From a virus, in the IMG/VR virus record IMGVR_UViG_3300045988_105168, positions 50,766 through 114,765 of that record: a DNA stretch of 64,000 nucleotides, one strand, 5' to 3'. The translations under genes and the position numbers were made by a program. Below, piece after piece: positions 34,002 to 43,524 of the stretch. Position 1 is the stretch's first letter, and each line of letters begins with the position of its first letter. The notes beneath the pieces were generated by a model. It was not told the origin of the DNA, did no database searches, and saw nothing but the letters and a program-made list of their open reading frames with translations.

Positions 34002-34283
34002 ATGTTTGATTTAACTATAACACAAGAGGTTAACAAGTTATTAAAAGACATTAGAAAAGAATTAAAAAACAAGGGTTATAACAAAAGCACGAGCCGTACT
34101 AATAGATATATAGGCACAATGCACTTGAATTATACGACTGAATATTTTATTAAAGGCAACTTATTATTTGAAATTGAAAGAGATTTGAATAATAGCACTA
34201 TAACAACAAGACTATTCTATAACGGCACAAACGGAAAAGAAACAAAAGAAATAAGACTAGCAGACATTTTAAGTCTAGCATAA
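34002..34283 (+). CDS. hypothetical protein
   Basis: GAGGTGG SD. Confidence 0.7.
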   Translation: MFDLTITQEVNKLLKDIRKELKNKGYNKSTSRTNRYIGTMHLNYTTEYFIKGNLLFEIERDLNNSTITTRLFYNGTNGKETKEIRLADILSLA

Positions 34284-34300
34284 CAAAAGAGGTGGAAATT

Positions 34301-34729
34301 ATGATAGAAAGCAGATTAATGGAAATTTACGAGGGAATTTTTAAAGATAGCAAAATTGCAATAACAAAAAATAGTTTTAGTGGAGATAATGTTTTATGGG
34401 TACAACTATATCTAGCACAAAACGAGCAAGAAGAAATCAATGGTTATTTTGACAACGATATGTTCGGCATTATATTTAAAATAACAAAAACGGCAGAAGA
34501 TAACTATATAATGGAAAATAAACAAAATAGATACCTTGTAAAGCCGACAAATAAATATTTAGTATATGAAAGCAAAAAAGTTGCTTTTAGAAAAACACAA
34601 GGCAACGAGGACAAAATTATAACAACATTTAAAAAGTATGTGGAAAATCTACACAAGGCACTTGTAGAAGATTTAAAACAAGGCAACATACACGAAAATC
34701 ATATAACACTTTTAGAAAAAAAGATTTAG
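34301..34729 (+). CDS. hypothetical protein
   Basis: Start moved to ATG 34301; the track's GTG at 34292 is part of the GAGGTGG SD. Confidence 0.7.
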   Translation: MIESRLMEIYEGIFKDSKIAITKNSFSGDNVLWVQLYLAQNEQEEINGYFDNDMFGIIFKITKTAEDNYIMENKQNRYLVKPTNKYLVYESKKVAFRKTQGNEDKIITTFKKYVENLHKALVEDLKQGNIHENHITLLEKKI

Positions 34730-34731
34730 AA

Positions 34732-34764
34732 TTTTTCTACTATATCAATTTTATATGGTATAAT
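34732..34764 (+). promoter_or_regulatory. phage promoter module P3 (TTCTAC + 18 + TGgTATAAT)
   Basis: TTCTAC at 34735-34740; -10 at 34759-34764. Starts 2 nt after the upstream stop. Confidence 0.7.
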
Positions 34765-34796
34765 AATATTAAGAAAAAGGAAAAGAGGAACGGAAA

Positions 34797-34985
34797 ATGA
34801 AGATAGAAGAAATTAAAAACACAATAAAATCATTAGCAAGTAGTCAAGGGTTTTACGGCAGATTATTAGCAAGTATGGAAACAATGGAAGAAATGTTCCC
34901 ACAAGACTATGAAGAAGTTGTAAAAGAGTTAGAAAGCCAAAATTTTCAAAATGCAGTTGATTTAGTAATGTATTTTGAGTGTTAG
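34797..34985 (+). CDS. hypothetical protein
   Basis: AGAGGA SD. Confidence 0.7.
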   Translation: MKIEEIKNTIKSLASSQGFYGRLLASMETMEEMFPQDYEEVVKELESQNFQNAVDLVMYFEC

Positions 34986-34998
34986 GAGAGTGAAAACT

Positions 34999-35394
34999 AT
35001 GGAAAAATTTATTGAAGATATGACAAAAAGTTTAGAAAATATTGGAGCAACAAACATTAGTTTTAACACACACGAAATGAAAAAACATTTTAAAGCAGAT
35101 ACTATTGGAGCATTATTTGAAAGCACAAACGACTACTATATAACAATATCTTTAACGGACAACTATTGCTTATATATAGAGGGTTTAAACGAGGACTATG
35201 TATCATTAGTTAACAATTTTAAAGTAGAAGATATAAGACATTTAATGATAGAATTAAACGACTATAACGGCAACATTTGTATAACAATACAACATTATGC
35301 AGAATTACAAGGTGTAGGACTTGAAACAACTATTAACGACCTAAAAGAAAAAGTTTTAGACCTTGCAATTAATAAAAGTATTTTAAATGATTAA
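34999..35394 (+). CDS. hypothetical protein
   Basis: Start moved to ATG 34999 (AGGAGAG SD). Confidence 0.7.
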   Translation: MEKFIEDMTKSLENIGATNISFNTHEMKKHFKADTIGALFESTNDYYITISLTDNYCLYIEGLNEDYVSLVNNFKVEDIRHLMIELNDYNGNICITIQHYAELQGVGLETTINDLKEKVLDLAINKSILND

Positions 35395-35406
35395 TGGGGT
35401 GGAAAT

Positions 35407-35619
35407 ATGTATGTAATTTTTAATGAATATACGGACATTTACGACCATTTACAACTTGTAGACAACATTTGTTTTACAACCTATGAGAAAGCAGAAGAGT
35501 ATTTATTAAAAGGTGTAGAAAAATGGAAACACGGAGAATTAAAAAACGAGTATATAATATATAATTGTTATGTAGGCACAAGTACTTATATTATTGAAAA
35601 ACTTGAAATAATTTCATAA
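35407..35619 (+). CDS. hypothetical protein
   Basis: GGGGTGG SD. Confidence 0.7.
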   Translation: MYVIFNEYTDIYDHLQLVDNICFTTYEKAEEYLLKGVEKWKHGELKNEYIIYNCYVGTSTYIIEKLEIIS

Positions 35620-35652
35620 TTTTTCTACTATACGAAAATCTTATGATATAAT
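35620..35652 (+). promoter_or_regulatory. phage promoter module P4 (TTCTAC + 18 + TGaTATAAT)
   Basis: TTCTAC at 35623-35628; -10 at 35647-35652. Confidence 0.7.
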
Positions 35653-35678
35653 ATAGGTGTAAAGAGGAGGAAAGACCT

Positions 35679-35855
35679 ATGGAAAAATTAAAAGAATTAT
35701 TATTTGATTTATTTGATAACTACGAGGAATACGAGGACATTAGAGATAGTTTAAGAAGTTTAGCAAGTGATAACGAAATCACGGAGCAAGAATACGACAT
35801 AATTTTAGATAACTATGATAAATGGTTAGCAGAGTATGAAGAAAAAGAGGTGTAA
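35679..35855 (+). CDS. hypothetical acidic 58-aa protein (below the track cutoff)
   Basis: AGAGGAGG SD. Own translation: MEKLKELLFDLFDNYEEYEDIRDSLRSLASDNEITEQEYDIILDNYDKWLAEYEEKEV. Confidence 0.65.
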   Translation: MEKLKELLFDLFDNYEEYEDIRDSLRSLASDNEITEQEYDIILDNYDKWLAEYEEKEV

Positions 35856-35857
35856 AT

Positions 35858-36229
35858 ATGGAAATTAAAAAAATCATTTGTAAAAGTGGAAGAGAATATA
35901 ATATAGTAAATGAATATTGGGAAACAAGCCGTGCTTGGGGACATAAAAGCACACTTGTAGCACAATGGGGAGATATGGGGAGCAGAAAAGTAACATATCA
36001 AAATAGAACTTGGGAAAGTTATAAATATCAAACTTGTATGTATGGTTTATTAAGTAGCATTTTAGAAAATGATTTAAAAGACTATATAACACGAGAAAAA
36101 GAAAACAAGGGTATAACAAGACTTTCAAAAGAGATTAGAGCAGAATTAGAGCAAGAGTGGAATAACAACTCTTATACACAAGATTTAAAAGAAATACAAG
36201 AAAGAATTAGTAATAGAAATTTTGATTAA
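35858..36229 (+). CDS. hypothetical protein
   Basis: AGAGGTG SD. Confidence 0.7.
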   Translation: MEIKKIICKSGREYNIVNEYWETSRAWGHKSTLVAQWGDMGSRKVTYQNRTWESYKYQTCMYGLLSSILENDLKDYITREKENKGITRLSKEIRAELEQEWNNNSYTQDLKEIQERISNRNFD

Positions 36230-36241
36230 TGAGGTGTAAAT

Positions 36242-36463
36242 ATGAAAGACATTTACGATAACGGAGAAAAAGTTTTAGGTAGAATTTACGACCTAAAAGA
36301 ATATATATGCAGAAATTGTGAGGACTACGAGGAAGTCAAGGAAATAATTGAAGAATTAGAAAACTATGACGAGGACACAATAGCAGTAATTAATTATAGT
36401 AATGGTATGGGTTATTTAATAGATTATTTTACTATTAAAGATAAAATGGAAAAAGAGGTGTAA
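36242..36463 (+). CDS. hypothetical acidic protein
   Basis: GAGGTG SD. Confidence 0.7.
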   Translation: MKDIYDNGEKVLGRIYDLKEYICRNCEDYEEVKEIIEELENYDEDTIAVINYSNGMGYLIDYFTIKDKMEKEV

Positions 36464-36465
36464 TT

Positions 36466-36657
36466 ATGAGTGTAAAAGATTTAACAAGAGAGCAATTAAT
36501 TGAATTAAAGCAAAAATATTATACTGAAAGAAACGAAAATGTTAGTTATGGAGAATTAGCCGATATTGATAATTTAGTTAGTGATAATGAAATTTTTGAG
36601 GAATACGGACATATAACATTTGTAGAAGAGGACTTCTTTTGTATATGCAACAATTAA
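36466..36657 (+). CDS. hypothetical acidic protein
   Basis: AGAGGTG SD. Confidence 0.7.
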   Translation: MSVKDLTREQLIELKQKYYTERNENVSYGELADIDNLVSDNEIFEEYGHITFVEEDFFCICNN

Positions 36658-36917
36658 AAAATATTATGTATTTATTTGATACGAGCAATTTATACCTTGA
36701 ATTTAAATATAATAAAAGAGTGGCAAGGGCAAAAGGTACGACCGAAAAAATTATTACTTGTGATTATTATATTGTACCATTTAACAAGGAATTTGTGAGA
36801 TTTAACAATAGTATAAAATCATACGATACTATCAAGAATTTAAGAGCCGAAAAAGTATATTATCATACTGAATTAGAGGGTGTTGTTATTAGAATAAGAG
36901 AGTATTGGGAGAGGTAA
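36639..36917 (+). CDS. hypothetical protein (start uncertain)
   Basis: No clear SD; overlaps the upstream gene. Confidence 0.5.
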   Translation: MYMQQLKNIMYLFDTSNLYLEFKYNKRVARAKGTTEKIITCDYYIVPFNKEFVRFNNSIKSYDTIKNLRAEKVYYHTELEGVVIRIREYWER

Positions 36918-36919
36918 TT

Positions 36920-37261
36920 ATGAAAGCAAAAGACAAGTTTTTACTTAATTGTGATATATTTAAAAGAGAATTGGCAGATTTACAAGCCGAAATTGATTAT
37001 GCAGAAGATACGGAAATACACGGCACACTAGCATATATTGGAGCAAATTATAGTTATGAATTGGCAAACATTTGTTTTGGACTTGGTTATGCAACTTGGT
37101 TTTTTATGATAGGAGAGTATATTGGAGAGCCATTTGACTATGAAACATTAAAACAAGGTGTTTGTGATACTATTATATCAAACGAAGAAATTTGCAAGGA
37201 ATACACGGCAGAAGAAATTAATAAAATAAAAAATGAAATTTTAAATGCAAAAATTAATTAA
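36920..37261 (+). CDS. hypothetical protein
   Basis: Start moved to ATG 36920 (GGGAGAGG SD). Confidence 0.7.
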   Translation: MKAKDKFLLNCDIFKRELADLQAEIDYAEDTEIHGTLAYIGANYSYELANICFGLGYATWFFMIGEYIGEPFDYETLKQGVCDTIISNEEICKEYTAEEINKIKNEILNAKIN

Positions 37262-37294
37262 TTTTTCTACTATATCAAAAATATATGTTATAAT
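37262..37294 (+). promoter_or_regulatory. phage promoter module P5 (TTCTAC + 18 + TGtTATAAT)
   Basis: TTCTAC at 37265-37270; -10 at 37289-37294. Confidence 0.7.
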
Positions 37295-37323
37295 ATAGGT
37301 GTAAAGACAAAGGAGGACTATGT

Positions 37324-37671
37324 ATGAATAGTAAAGAAATAAAAGAGCAACAAACATTTTTAAATTGTTATAAGACATTAACCGACGAACAAAAACTAAA
37401 ATTAAAAGAGTTGAGTTTACGAGAAATGATTATGAGTTGTTTGGTATATGGAGAAGATATTTTTACAAGTGTTTGTATTAATGCTTGTAGTGAATATTAT
37501 CATAGACCTTATGCAGAAGAATATATTGATATATTGGGTTATGATAGGGTTATGGAAATCTATAACGACCAAAAAAATTATTTTGATACAAAATGCAGAG
37601 TTGAGAAAAATGTTTATACCGATTATGAGGGTTTAACATATAATAGTTTAATTGAGGAGGAATTGTTATGA
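37324..37671 (+). CDS. hypothetical protein
   Basis: AAGGAGGA SD. Confidence 0.7.
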   Translation: MNSKEIKEQQTFLNCYKTLTDEQKLKLKELSLREMIMSCLVYGEDIFTSVCINACSEYYHRPYAEEYIDILGYDRVMEIYNDQKNYFDTKCRVEKNVYTDYEGLTYNSLIEEELL

Positions 37672-38762
37672 GTTATGAAAAAGTAAAATGTATAACAAGA
37701 AAGCCAAAAGAGAATAAAATAATTATAACAAGTGCTTGTAATAATGTACGACCATTAACATTTGGAAAATGGGAATACGGAAAAGCAGATATGAGTTATA
37801 AAGAAAAAATGTTTTATTTATTAAAAGATATTAGTGGTGGAAATTTACAACTTAACAATAGTTGTTATGAGTGGAATTATGCAGTACTAAAAACAAGAGA
37901 TTATATGCAAGAAAAATATGGCAAGGAATATCATTTATACGATTTAGCCACTATGAAATATACTTCTTATTGTTTAGGAGAGCAAATAAGTAGCCGATAC
38001 ACTCCTATAACACAAACTGAAATAGAGAGTGGCAACTATAACTATATTTTAGAGTGGGAGAGTAAAGATAATAAAAGTAAAGTATATTATAGAGCCGAAG
38101 AATATAACAACGAGAAAGCAAGAGTTATGGAAGTATTGGAAGAATATTATAATGTATTTATTGGTTATTTAGAAGAAAAACACGAGGGAAAATACTATTT
38201 ATATAGTGAAACTTATGGTTATGTTAAGCCAAAAGGTACAAACGGCAGTTTTTACTATAATATGAGTAGCAGTTTAGTTGAAAATATGGACTACAAAAAA
38301 GCATATTGTTTAGCAAGAACTATTGGCAGAGATATTGAAATTGTAGCCGTTCCTAAAAGAGAATACAAGCCGACACAAAAACAAGTGGAAGAAAGCAAAC
38401 AAAGAATTGAATTGTTAGGTTTAGAGCCACGATTTAGTGAAAAATTATATATGAGTGATAGATATATGATAAGAGAGGTAAAAGATAAGGAAAAAGAACT
38501 AATCAAGGCAATAAATGAATTTGAGAAAGAATATAATGCTTATGTTTATCACATTGTGTATAATGATACTAATATAGGGCAATTATATACTATGTTATAT
38601 GTTAGTAGCCACGAAGAAGAGTGGGCAAGTGATAGAGCAGATATAAAAGAAAAACAATTATATGCTTATGTATGGAATAGAACTGATAATTATTGCAGTG
38701 AAATTGGTTTAGTAGGAATAGAACAAGTAGAACATTGCAATTTGTTAAAAAGAATTTTCTAA
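37668..38762 (+). CDS. hypothetical protein (364 aa)
   Basis: GAGGAGGA SD; no family recognised. Confidence 0.7.
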   Translation: MSYEKVKCITRKPKENKIIITSACNNVRPLTFGKWEYGKADMSYKEKMFYLLKDISGGNLQLNNSCYEWNYAVLKTRDYMQEKYGKEYHLYDLATMKYTSYCLGEQISSRYTPITQTEIESGNYNYILEWESKDNKSKVYYRAEEYNNEKARVMEVLEEYYNVFIGYLEEKHEGKYYLYSETYGYVKPKGTNGSFYYNMSSSLVENMDYKKAYCLARTIGRDIEIVAVPKREYKPTQKQVEESKQRIELLGLEPRFSEKLYMSDRYMIREVKDKEKELIKAINEFEKEYNAYVYHIVYNDTNIGQLYTMLYVSSHEEEWASDRADIKEKQLYAYVWNRTDNYCSEIGLVGIEQVEHCNLLKRIF

Positions 38763-38763
38763 A

Positions 38764-38795
38764 ATTTCTACTATACAAAATTGTTATGATATAAT
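38764..38795 (+). promoter_or_regulatory. phage promoter module P6 (TTCTAC + 18 + TGaTATAAT)
   Basis: TTCTAC at 38766-38771; -10 at 38790-38795. Confidence 0.7.
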
Positions 38796-38821
38796 TAGTA
38801 TGTAATGAGGAAGTGATAGTT

Positions 38822-39070
38822 ATGATTATGGAAATAAGAGCCATAAACACACTAAAATTAATTGATACACAAGAAATCAAAAGCAGAAGAAAATTTGATA
38901 AAATGTGTAAAAAATTAACAAAATTAGTACTAAAACACGACAAAAAGAGCCAAAAAGAGGGTAAAAACGAGGAATTTTTAATTAGAGTAAAAAAGAACTC
39001 TTATATAGTAAAAAGTGGCAGATATGGTTTTGTCGTAGGTATTAAGAAGGCAGAGAGCCGTTGGTTATAA
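38822..39070 (+). CDS. hypothetical basic protein
   Basis: Start moved to ATG 38822 (GAGGAAGTG SD). Confidence 0.65.
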   Translation: MIMEIRAINTLKLIDTQEIKSRRKFDKMCKKLTKLVLKHDKKSQKEGKNEEFLIRVKKNSYIVKSGRYGFVVGIKKAESRWL

Positions 39071-39078
39071 CACGGCAA

Positions 39079-39138
39079 ACAAAACTCTTATGAGTTTTGT
39101 GAGTAGCATTATGCTCCGTTCCGTGTAGTGCTATTCAC
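39079..39138 (+). other. structured ORF-free segment (stem-loops) inside the operon
   Basis: Perfect 9-bp stem ACAAAACTC-TTAT-GAGTTTTGT at 39079-39100. An imperfect 11-bp inverted repeat follows: GTGAGTAGCAT (39099-39109) / GTGCTATTCAC (39128-39138). No T-run and no promoter box. Confidence 0.4.
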
Positions 39139-39179
39139 AAAGCCCATAAGGGTAATATAACACGAGGAGGAATAAAGAA

Positions 39180-39440
39180 ATGATTAAGGAAGTTAAAACA
39201 AAGAAAAATGTAATTATGGTAAATAAAAATCACGAAAGAGGTTATGAAAGTAAACAAGGTGTAATGATTATAGAGGAAGAAAATGGCAAAAAACATATTC
39301 TTGACCTTACAAGTAATACCGATATATCTACAAGTGATTATATTGATATAGCAGATACTAAAAAGACAAAAGAAGAAATATTATTTAAAAACATTATGTT
39401 AGATACTGAACGATTAAAAAAGTTAAGTGAGGGGAAATAA
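39180..39440 (+). CDS. hypothetical protein
   Basis: GAGGAGGA SD. Confidence 0.7.
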   Translation: MIKEVKTKKNVIMVNKNHERGYESKQGVMIIEEENGKKHILDLTSNTDISTSDYIDIADTKKTKEEILFKNIMLDTERLKKLSEGK

Positions 39441-39441
39441 T

Positions 39442-39771
39442 ATGAATAGAGATTATTGTATTGTTATTGATAATGGTGGTAATGTTTATAAAGTAAAGCA
39501 ACAAGCAATGATACAATGTTTTGATAAAATAATTGCACCATTAGATATAATTAGTCAAGTTGGCAATGAAAGTGAAATGGAGATAGCACACGAAATTGGT
39601 TTAGATTATGTAAAACAACTTGAAAGTGGTTTAATGAGTGCATTAGACGAATTATCTATATCAAGTGGTGGAGAATTTGATTATTATGATAAATTACGAG
39701 AATTAACGGGTTTTGGAAATTATCAAGCATTAGACTTTTTAGATATGTTTAGTGATAACGAGGGAGAATAA
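39442..39771 (+). CDS. hypothetical protein
   Basis: Start moved to ATG 39442 (GAGGGG SD). Confidence 0.7.
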   Translation: MNRDYCIVIDNGGNVYKVKQQAMIQCFDKIIAPLDIISQVGNESEMEIAHEIGLDYVKQLESGLMSALDELSISSGGEFDYYDKLRELTGFGNYQALDFLDMFSDNEGE

Positions 39772-39773
39772 CT

Positions 39774-40013
39774 ATGTATAATGGTAATATGCAGATATTA
39801 ATATATGAAAATGTAAATTATACAAAAGTAGGAAGTATGCAGTCAATTTCATTAGCACCGATAGGGGCAACATTAGAATTAAATGGCAAGGCATATAGAA
39901 TAATTGATTATATTATATTAGAGCAATGTACTACTTTATATATGGTTGTAAAACTTATTTCAAAGCACGAATATAGTGCATACGAGGGTTTAAAGAATAG
40001 AGGTGTAATATAA
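39774..40013 (+). CDS. hypothetical protein
   Basis: GAGGGAGA SD. Confidence 0.7.
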   Translation: MYNGNMQILIYENVNYTKVGSMQSISLAPIGATLELNGKAYRIIDYIILEQCTTLYMVVKLISKHEYSAYEGLKNRGVI

Positions 40014-40183
40014 TGACAAAAGAACAATTAATGAATAATTTATATGAGATTATAGCAGAACATATTGAGGAATTGGCATACGAAAACGGAGCAAGTATTT
40101 ATTTGACTGATAAAAACGAATTATATATTGATTTGAACGATACCGAACAAGTGTTCGTGTTGAAAGCAGAGGTGGAAAAGTAA
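40013..40183 (+). CDS. hypothetical acidic 56-aa protein (below the track cutoff)
   Basis: TAATG overlaps at both ends. Own translation: MTKEQLMNNLYEIIAEHIEELAYENGASIYLTDKNELYIDLNDTEQVFVLKAEVEK. Confidence 0.6.
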   Translation: MTKEQLMNNLYEIIAEHIEELAYENGASIYLTDKNELYIDLNDTEQVFVLKAEVEK

Positions 40184-40431
40184 TGAATACACAATTAACT
40201 ATGCAAAGCATTTTAGATTTAGCATTAAAATTAGAAGAACAAGGACTAAATCTATCTAAATTAAAGGTATATTTAGGGGACGACGACGAATTAAATGGGG
40301 TACACAATGCTTGGTATTGTGAACTTGTTGAAAACGACGGAGAAGAAGAAAATAATTGTATAGTTGACTTAATTAATGAAAATATAGGCAACTATGTAGA
40401 AGATAACGAAAAATTTATTTTAATTAGTTAG
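40183..40431 (+). CDS. hypothetical acidic protein
   Basis: GAGGTGG SD. Confidence 0.7.
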   Translation: MNTQLTMQSILDLALKLEEQGLNLSKLKVYLGDDDELNGVHNAWYCELVENDGEEENNCIVDLINENIGNYVEDNEKFILIS

Positions 40432-40445
40432 AAGAAATTTTCAAA

Positions 40446-40478
40446 TTTTTCTACTATATGAGATTTATGTGTTATAAT
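40446..40478 (+). promoter_or_regulatory. phage promoter module P7 (TTCTAC + 18 + TGtTATAAT)
   Basis: TTCTAC at 40449-40454; -10 at 40473-40478. Conserved ATAAGTGTAAAAAG follows the -10. Confidence 0.7.
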
Positions 40479-40521
40479 ATAAGTGTAAAAAGAAAGAAAG
40501 ACTTTTTATAGGAGGTATATT

Positions 40522-41070
40522 ATGGAAACACTAAATCAAAAATTAAAAAGATTAGTAAAAGAAAGTGAAAAAGAATTACAAGCCATTGGACTTGGAGATA
40601 AGTTAAAAAGTGATATTAAATACACAATTAACTATAAAGCCAAAAAGAGATTAGGACAATGTTGTAATAAGAATAGTATTAATATTTCAAGTTGGTTATT
40701 AGAAATAGGGTTAGACCACGATATAAAAAATACTATTATTCACGAAATTCTACATAGTTTTGAGGACACGATAGGACATAAAGAAAAGTGGCAATATTAT
40801 GCTAGATATGTTAACAATAGAACTGATTATCATATAACAAGATTAGCAAATGTTGACGGCATTTATGCAAGAGCAAATAAAACTAGACCACGAAGAGAAG
40901 TGAGTTATAAATATGAGATAACTTGTGAAAAATGTGGTAAAGTATTTTATAGACAAAAAATGACAAAAAGAATATTTAATAGTTTTACACAAGGAACTAT
41001 GGTACATAAATCTTGTGGAGGACACGACTTTAAAATAGTTGACATTAAAAATTGTGAAGTGTTATGGTAA
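40522..41070 (+). CDS. SprT-like zinc metalloprotease domain protein
   Basis: RLGQCCNKNSINISSWLLE context, HExxH (TIIHEILHS), and a C-terminal zinc ribbon CEKCGK...HKSCGG. Confidence 0.65.
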   Translation: METLNQKLKRLVKESEKELQAIGLGDKLKSDIKYTINYKAKKRLGQCCNKNSINISSWLLEIGLDHDIKNTIIHEILHSFEDTIGHKEKWQYYARYVNNRTDYHITRLANVDGIYARANKTRPRREVSYKYEITCEKCGKVFYRQKMTKRIFNSFTQGTMVHKSCGGHDFKIVDIKNCEVLW

Positions 41071-41086
41071 AAGAGGAGGTAATTTT

Positions 41087-42637
41087 ATGGAAACTAATTA
41101 TTTAAGAGATTATTATAAAAAAGAAACACACGACTTAACAAGTTTAATTAATGCAAATTCAAAGAACGAAGAAAAGATACAAGCAATTAAAAAAGAAATA
41201 ACAAAATTGCAAAAGAGTATTGAATTAAAAAGTGAAGAATTGCATAAAGAAGTAGAAAGAGTGTATACAAGTAATTTTATACCTTTATCAAAAAGAGTTG
41301 TTGTGAGATATGACGGAAGAAGTAATGAAAGTTTATTTGATATTGCTACGGGGTTAGAAGTTGATAATATAGAAGAGGACGATATTGTTTATACTATATA
41401 TAACAAAAGTGATATTATCTCCGTAGTAGTTGGGTATAGTTATGAGTTAGCAAGTATTATCACAAAAAAATATAAATATAATATTAATAGAGATAACACA
41501 AAATTTAACACAAAACTATTAGAAGAACGAGTAATTAGTTTTATGGACGGCAAACAAGCAAGATTTGTTGCAGAAACTGAACAAGTTATTGAAGAAAACA
41601 CTTCTTGGAGCGAATTACAACCTCTTGAAAGAATAAAAGACGGAGAGTTTGTTAACACTCTATATGGTGTAAATTATGAGGGAAGATATGATTTAAGAGA
41701 ATTAAGAGAAAGAAATTTATGTAATAAATCTTTTGAAATTATTTTAAAAACATCTCCAAAAGAAATATTAGACGACTTATTAAAGTTAAATTTAGAACAA
41801 GCACAACCTATTCACAAGATTATAGGTGTATCACTAGAAACATATAATAAAGCCGTTGAAAGAGGTGTTATTAGAACATTATTTGATAATAGAGATTATA
41901 TTGGTGGTAAAAAGAACGAAACTTATGGTATAAATAAAACTGAAAGTGAGTGGTTTGAAACTATTGACGAAATGAAACACTACGAAGAAGATTTACAATT
42001 TTATAACATAGATTATAGTGGAGCATATTATTATCAAAGAAATGGAAGTTTATTAGAAACTTTATTAACAAGTTATGCAGACGAAGAAGTATTTAAAGAT
42101 AATTATTCATTTGGTAAATTCTCAAATTATGTAATTAATGAAACAATAAATCAAGGTTATAATAGAGTTAGAGATTTTGTAAGTGAATTAAGAGATTATC
42201 TTCGTATGTGTAAACAAGACGATATTAAGCCGACATTATATTCAAGTTATTTAAAACAAACACACGATATAACAAGTAGAAATCATAATGTTAGAGTGGA
42301 AAAAGAAAACGAAGAAACATTTAAGAGCAGATATAAAGACTTTAAAGAATATAAAGGAAAAGTTTATAGTGTAGTAGCACCAAAAGATAGTAATGACTTG
42401 AAAAAAGAGGGAGATACATTAAATCATTGTGTAGCAAGTTATATTAAAAGAGTTATTGACGGAGAGTGTTTAATTTACTTTTTAAGAAAAGACAAAGAAG
42501 AAAGTTTAATAACATTTGAAGTTAGACATAACACAATAGTACAAGTAAGAGGACTACACAATAGAAAGCCGACTGAAAACGAACAACAAGCATTAAAAGA
42601 GTTTGCTAAATATAGAAAAATGGAGGTAAATTTCTAA
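41087..42637 (+). CDS. large protein with C-terminal PcfJ-like domain (tentative)
   Basis: Start moved to ATG 41087 (AGAGGAGG SD). The C-terminus GDTLNHCVASYIKRVIDGECLIYFLRK...ITFEV resembles the PcfJ-like core. Confidence 0.5.
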   Translation: METNYLRDYYKKETHDLTSLINANSKNEEKIQAIKKEITKLQKSIELKSEELHKEVERVYTSNFIPLSKRVVVRYDGRSNESLFDIATGLEVDNIEEDDIVYTIYNKSDIISVVVGYSYELASIITKKYKYNINRDNTKFNTKLLEERVISFMDGKQARFVAETEQVIEENTSWSELQPLERIKDGEFVNTLYGVNYEGRYDLRELRERNLCNKSFEIILKTSPKEILDDLLKLNLEQAQPIHKIIGVSLETYNKAVERGVIRTLFDNRDYIGGKKNETYGINKTESEWFETIDEMKHYEEDLQFYNIDYSGAYYYQRNGSLLETLLTSYADEEVFKDNYSFGKFSNYVINETINQGYNRVRDFVSELRDYLRMCKQDDIKPTLYSSYLKQTHDITSRNHNVRVEKENEETFKSRYKDFKEYKGKVYSVVAPKDSNDLKKEGDTLNHCVASYIKRVIDGECLIYFLRKDKEESLITFEVRHNTIVQVRGLHNRKPTENEQQALKEFAKYRKMEVNF

Positions 42638-42972
42638 TGAGTAGTTTACATAATATTGAAATTAAATTATATGATTTGCAAGACGAGTTTGAAAATTGTG
42701 AGAGTGATAACAATTACAAGAAAATTTGTGAGGAACTTATCACTCTTGCAAGTGAACTTGTAGAGAAATTAGATAGACATTATGATAAACTTAATGAAAT
42801 TGACGAATATATAGGAGAAAATATTAACGACCAAAACTTAATAGATTATGAAAGTTTAGTTTGGGAATTAAAGAAAGATAATTTATATACTGACGAAGTT
42901 GAAAGTTGGTTAGATAGATATATGAAATTCTATAACAAAAAAGTTGTGGAGGAGATTAATATATGGAATTAA
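42637..42972 (+). CDS. hypothetical acidic protein
   Basis: GGAGGT SD. Confidence 0.7.
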   Translation: MSSLHNIEIKLYDLQDEFENCESDNNYKKICEELITLASELVEKLDRHYDKLNEIDEYIGENINDQNLIDYESLVWELKKDNLYTDEVESWLDRYMKFYNKKVVEEINIWN

Positions 42973-43235
42973 AAAATTGTGTAGATTATCATATTTTAAA
43001 AGCAGAATTAACAAACGAACAATTAGATATGATAGATAAGGTAATAAAACATTATATTGCTTATGCAGAAAAGTATGACGACGGAGAAATTGACATTATA
43101 GGAGATTATACTAGGTTATATGGCAATGGTTATGTATTAAATTGGTATGAGGGTTTAATGACGACCGAAGAGTTTATAGCAGAAGTAAAAGACGGCAATG
43201 TATATGTTGGAATATTAGATTTTAGGAGGTTATAA
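42963..43235 (+). CDS. hypothetical protein
   Basis: GGAGGAG SD. Confidence 0.7.
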   Translation: MELKNCVDYHILKAELTNEQLDMIDKVIKHYIAYAEKYDDGEIDIIGDYTRLYGNGYVLNWYEGLMTTEEFIAEVKDGNVYVGILDFRRL

Positions 43236-43237
43236 TT

Positions 43238-43513
43238 ATGAGTATATTAAAAAGTAAATTTATAGAAAATTTTAATATGGAACGAATAGCACTTGATTTA
43301 ATGGACTTAATTGAAGATATTGATATGACTTGTGAAGTATTAGATAATTTTGTTTACGAAAAATTTAACGAAGAATTTATGTATGGAGAAATTTATGACA
43401 TATTTAAAGACGAAATGAGTAAAGAAGATTTACAATGTTTGTTAGAAGATATGGGACACGATTTTGTTGATTTAGACGAATTAGACGAAGAAGAACGAGA
43501 AAAATATTATTAG
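43238..43513 (+). CDS. hypothetical acidic protein
   Basis: AGGAGGT SD. Confidence 0.7.
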   Translation: MSILKSKFIENFNMERIALDLMDLIEDIDMTCEVLDNFVYEKFNEEFMYGEIYDIFKDEMSKEDLQCLLEDMGHDFVDLDELDEEEREKYY

Positions 43514-43524
43514 GAGGTGTAATA

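Noticed and set aside
37448-37636. Same-strand alternative-frame ORFs (37448-37636, 61038-61298, 28601-28792).
   Set aside because: They are fully nested in longer SD-preceded ORFs and have no independent translation signals.
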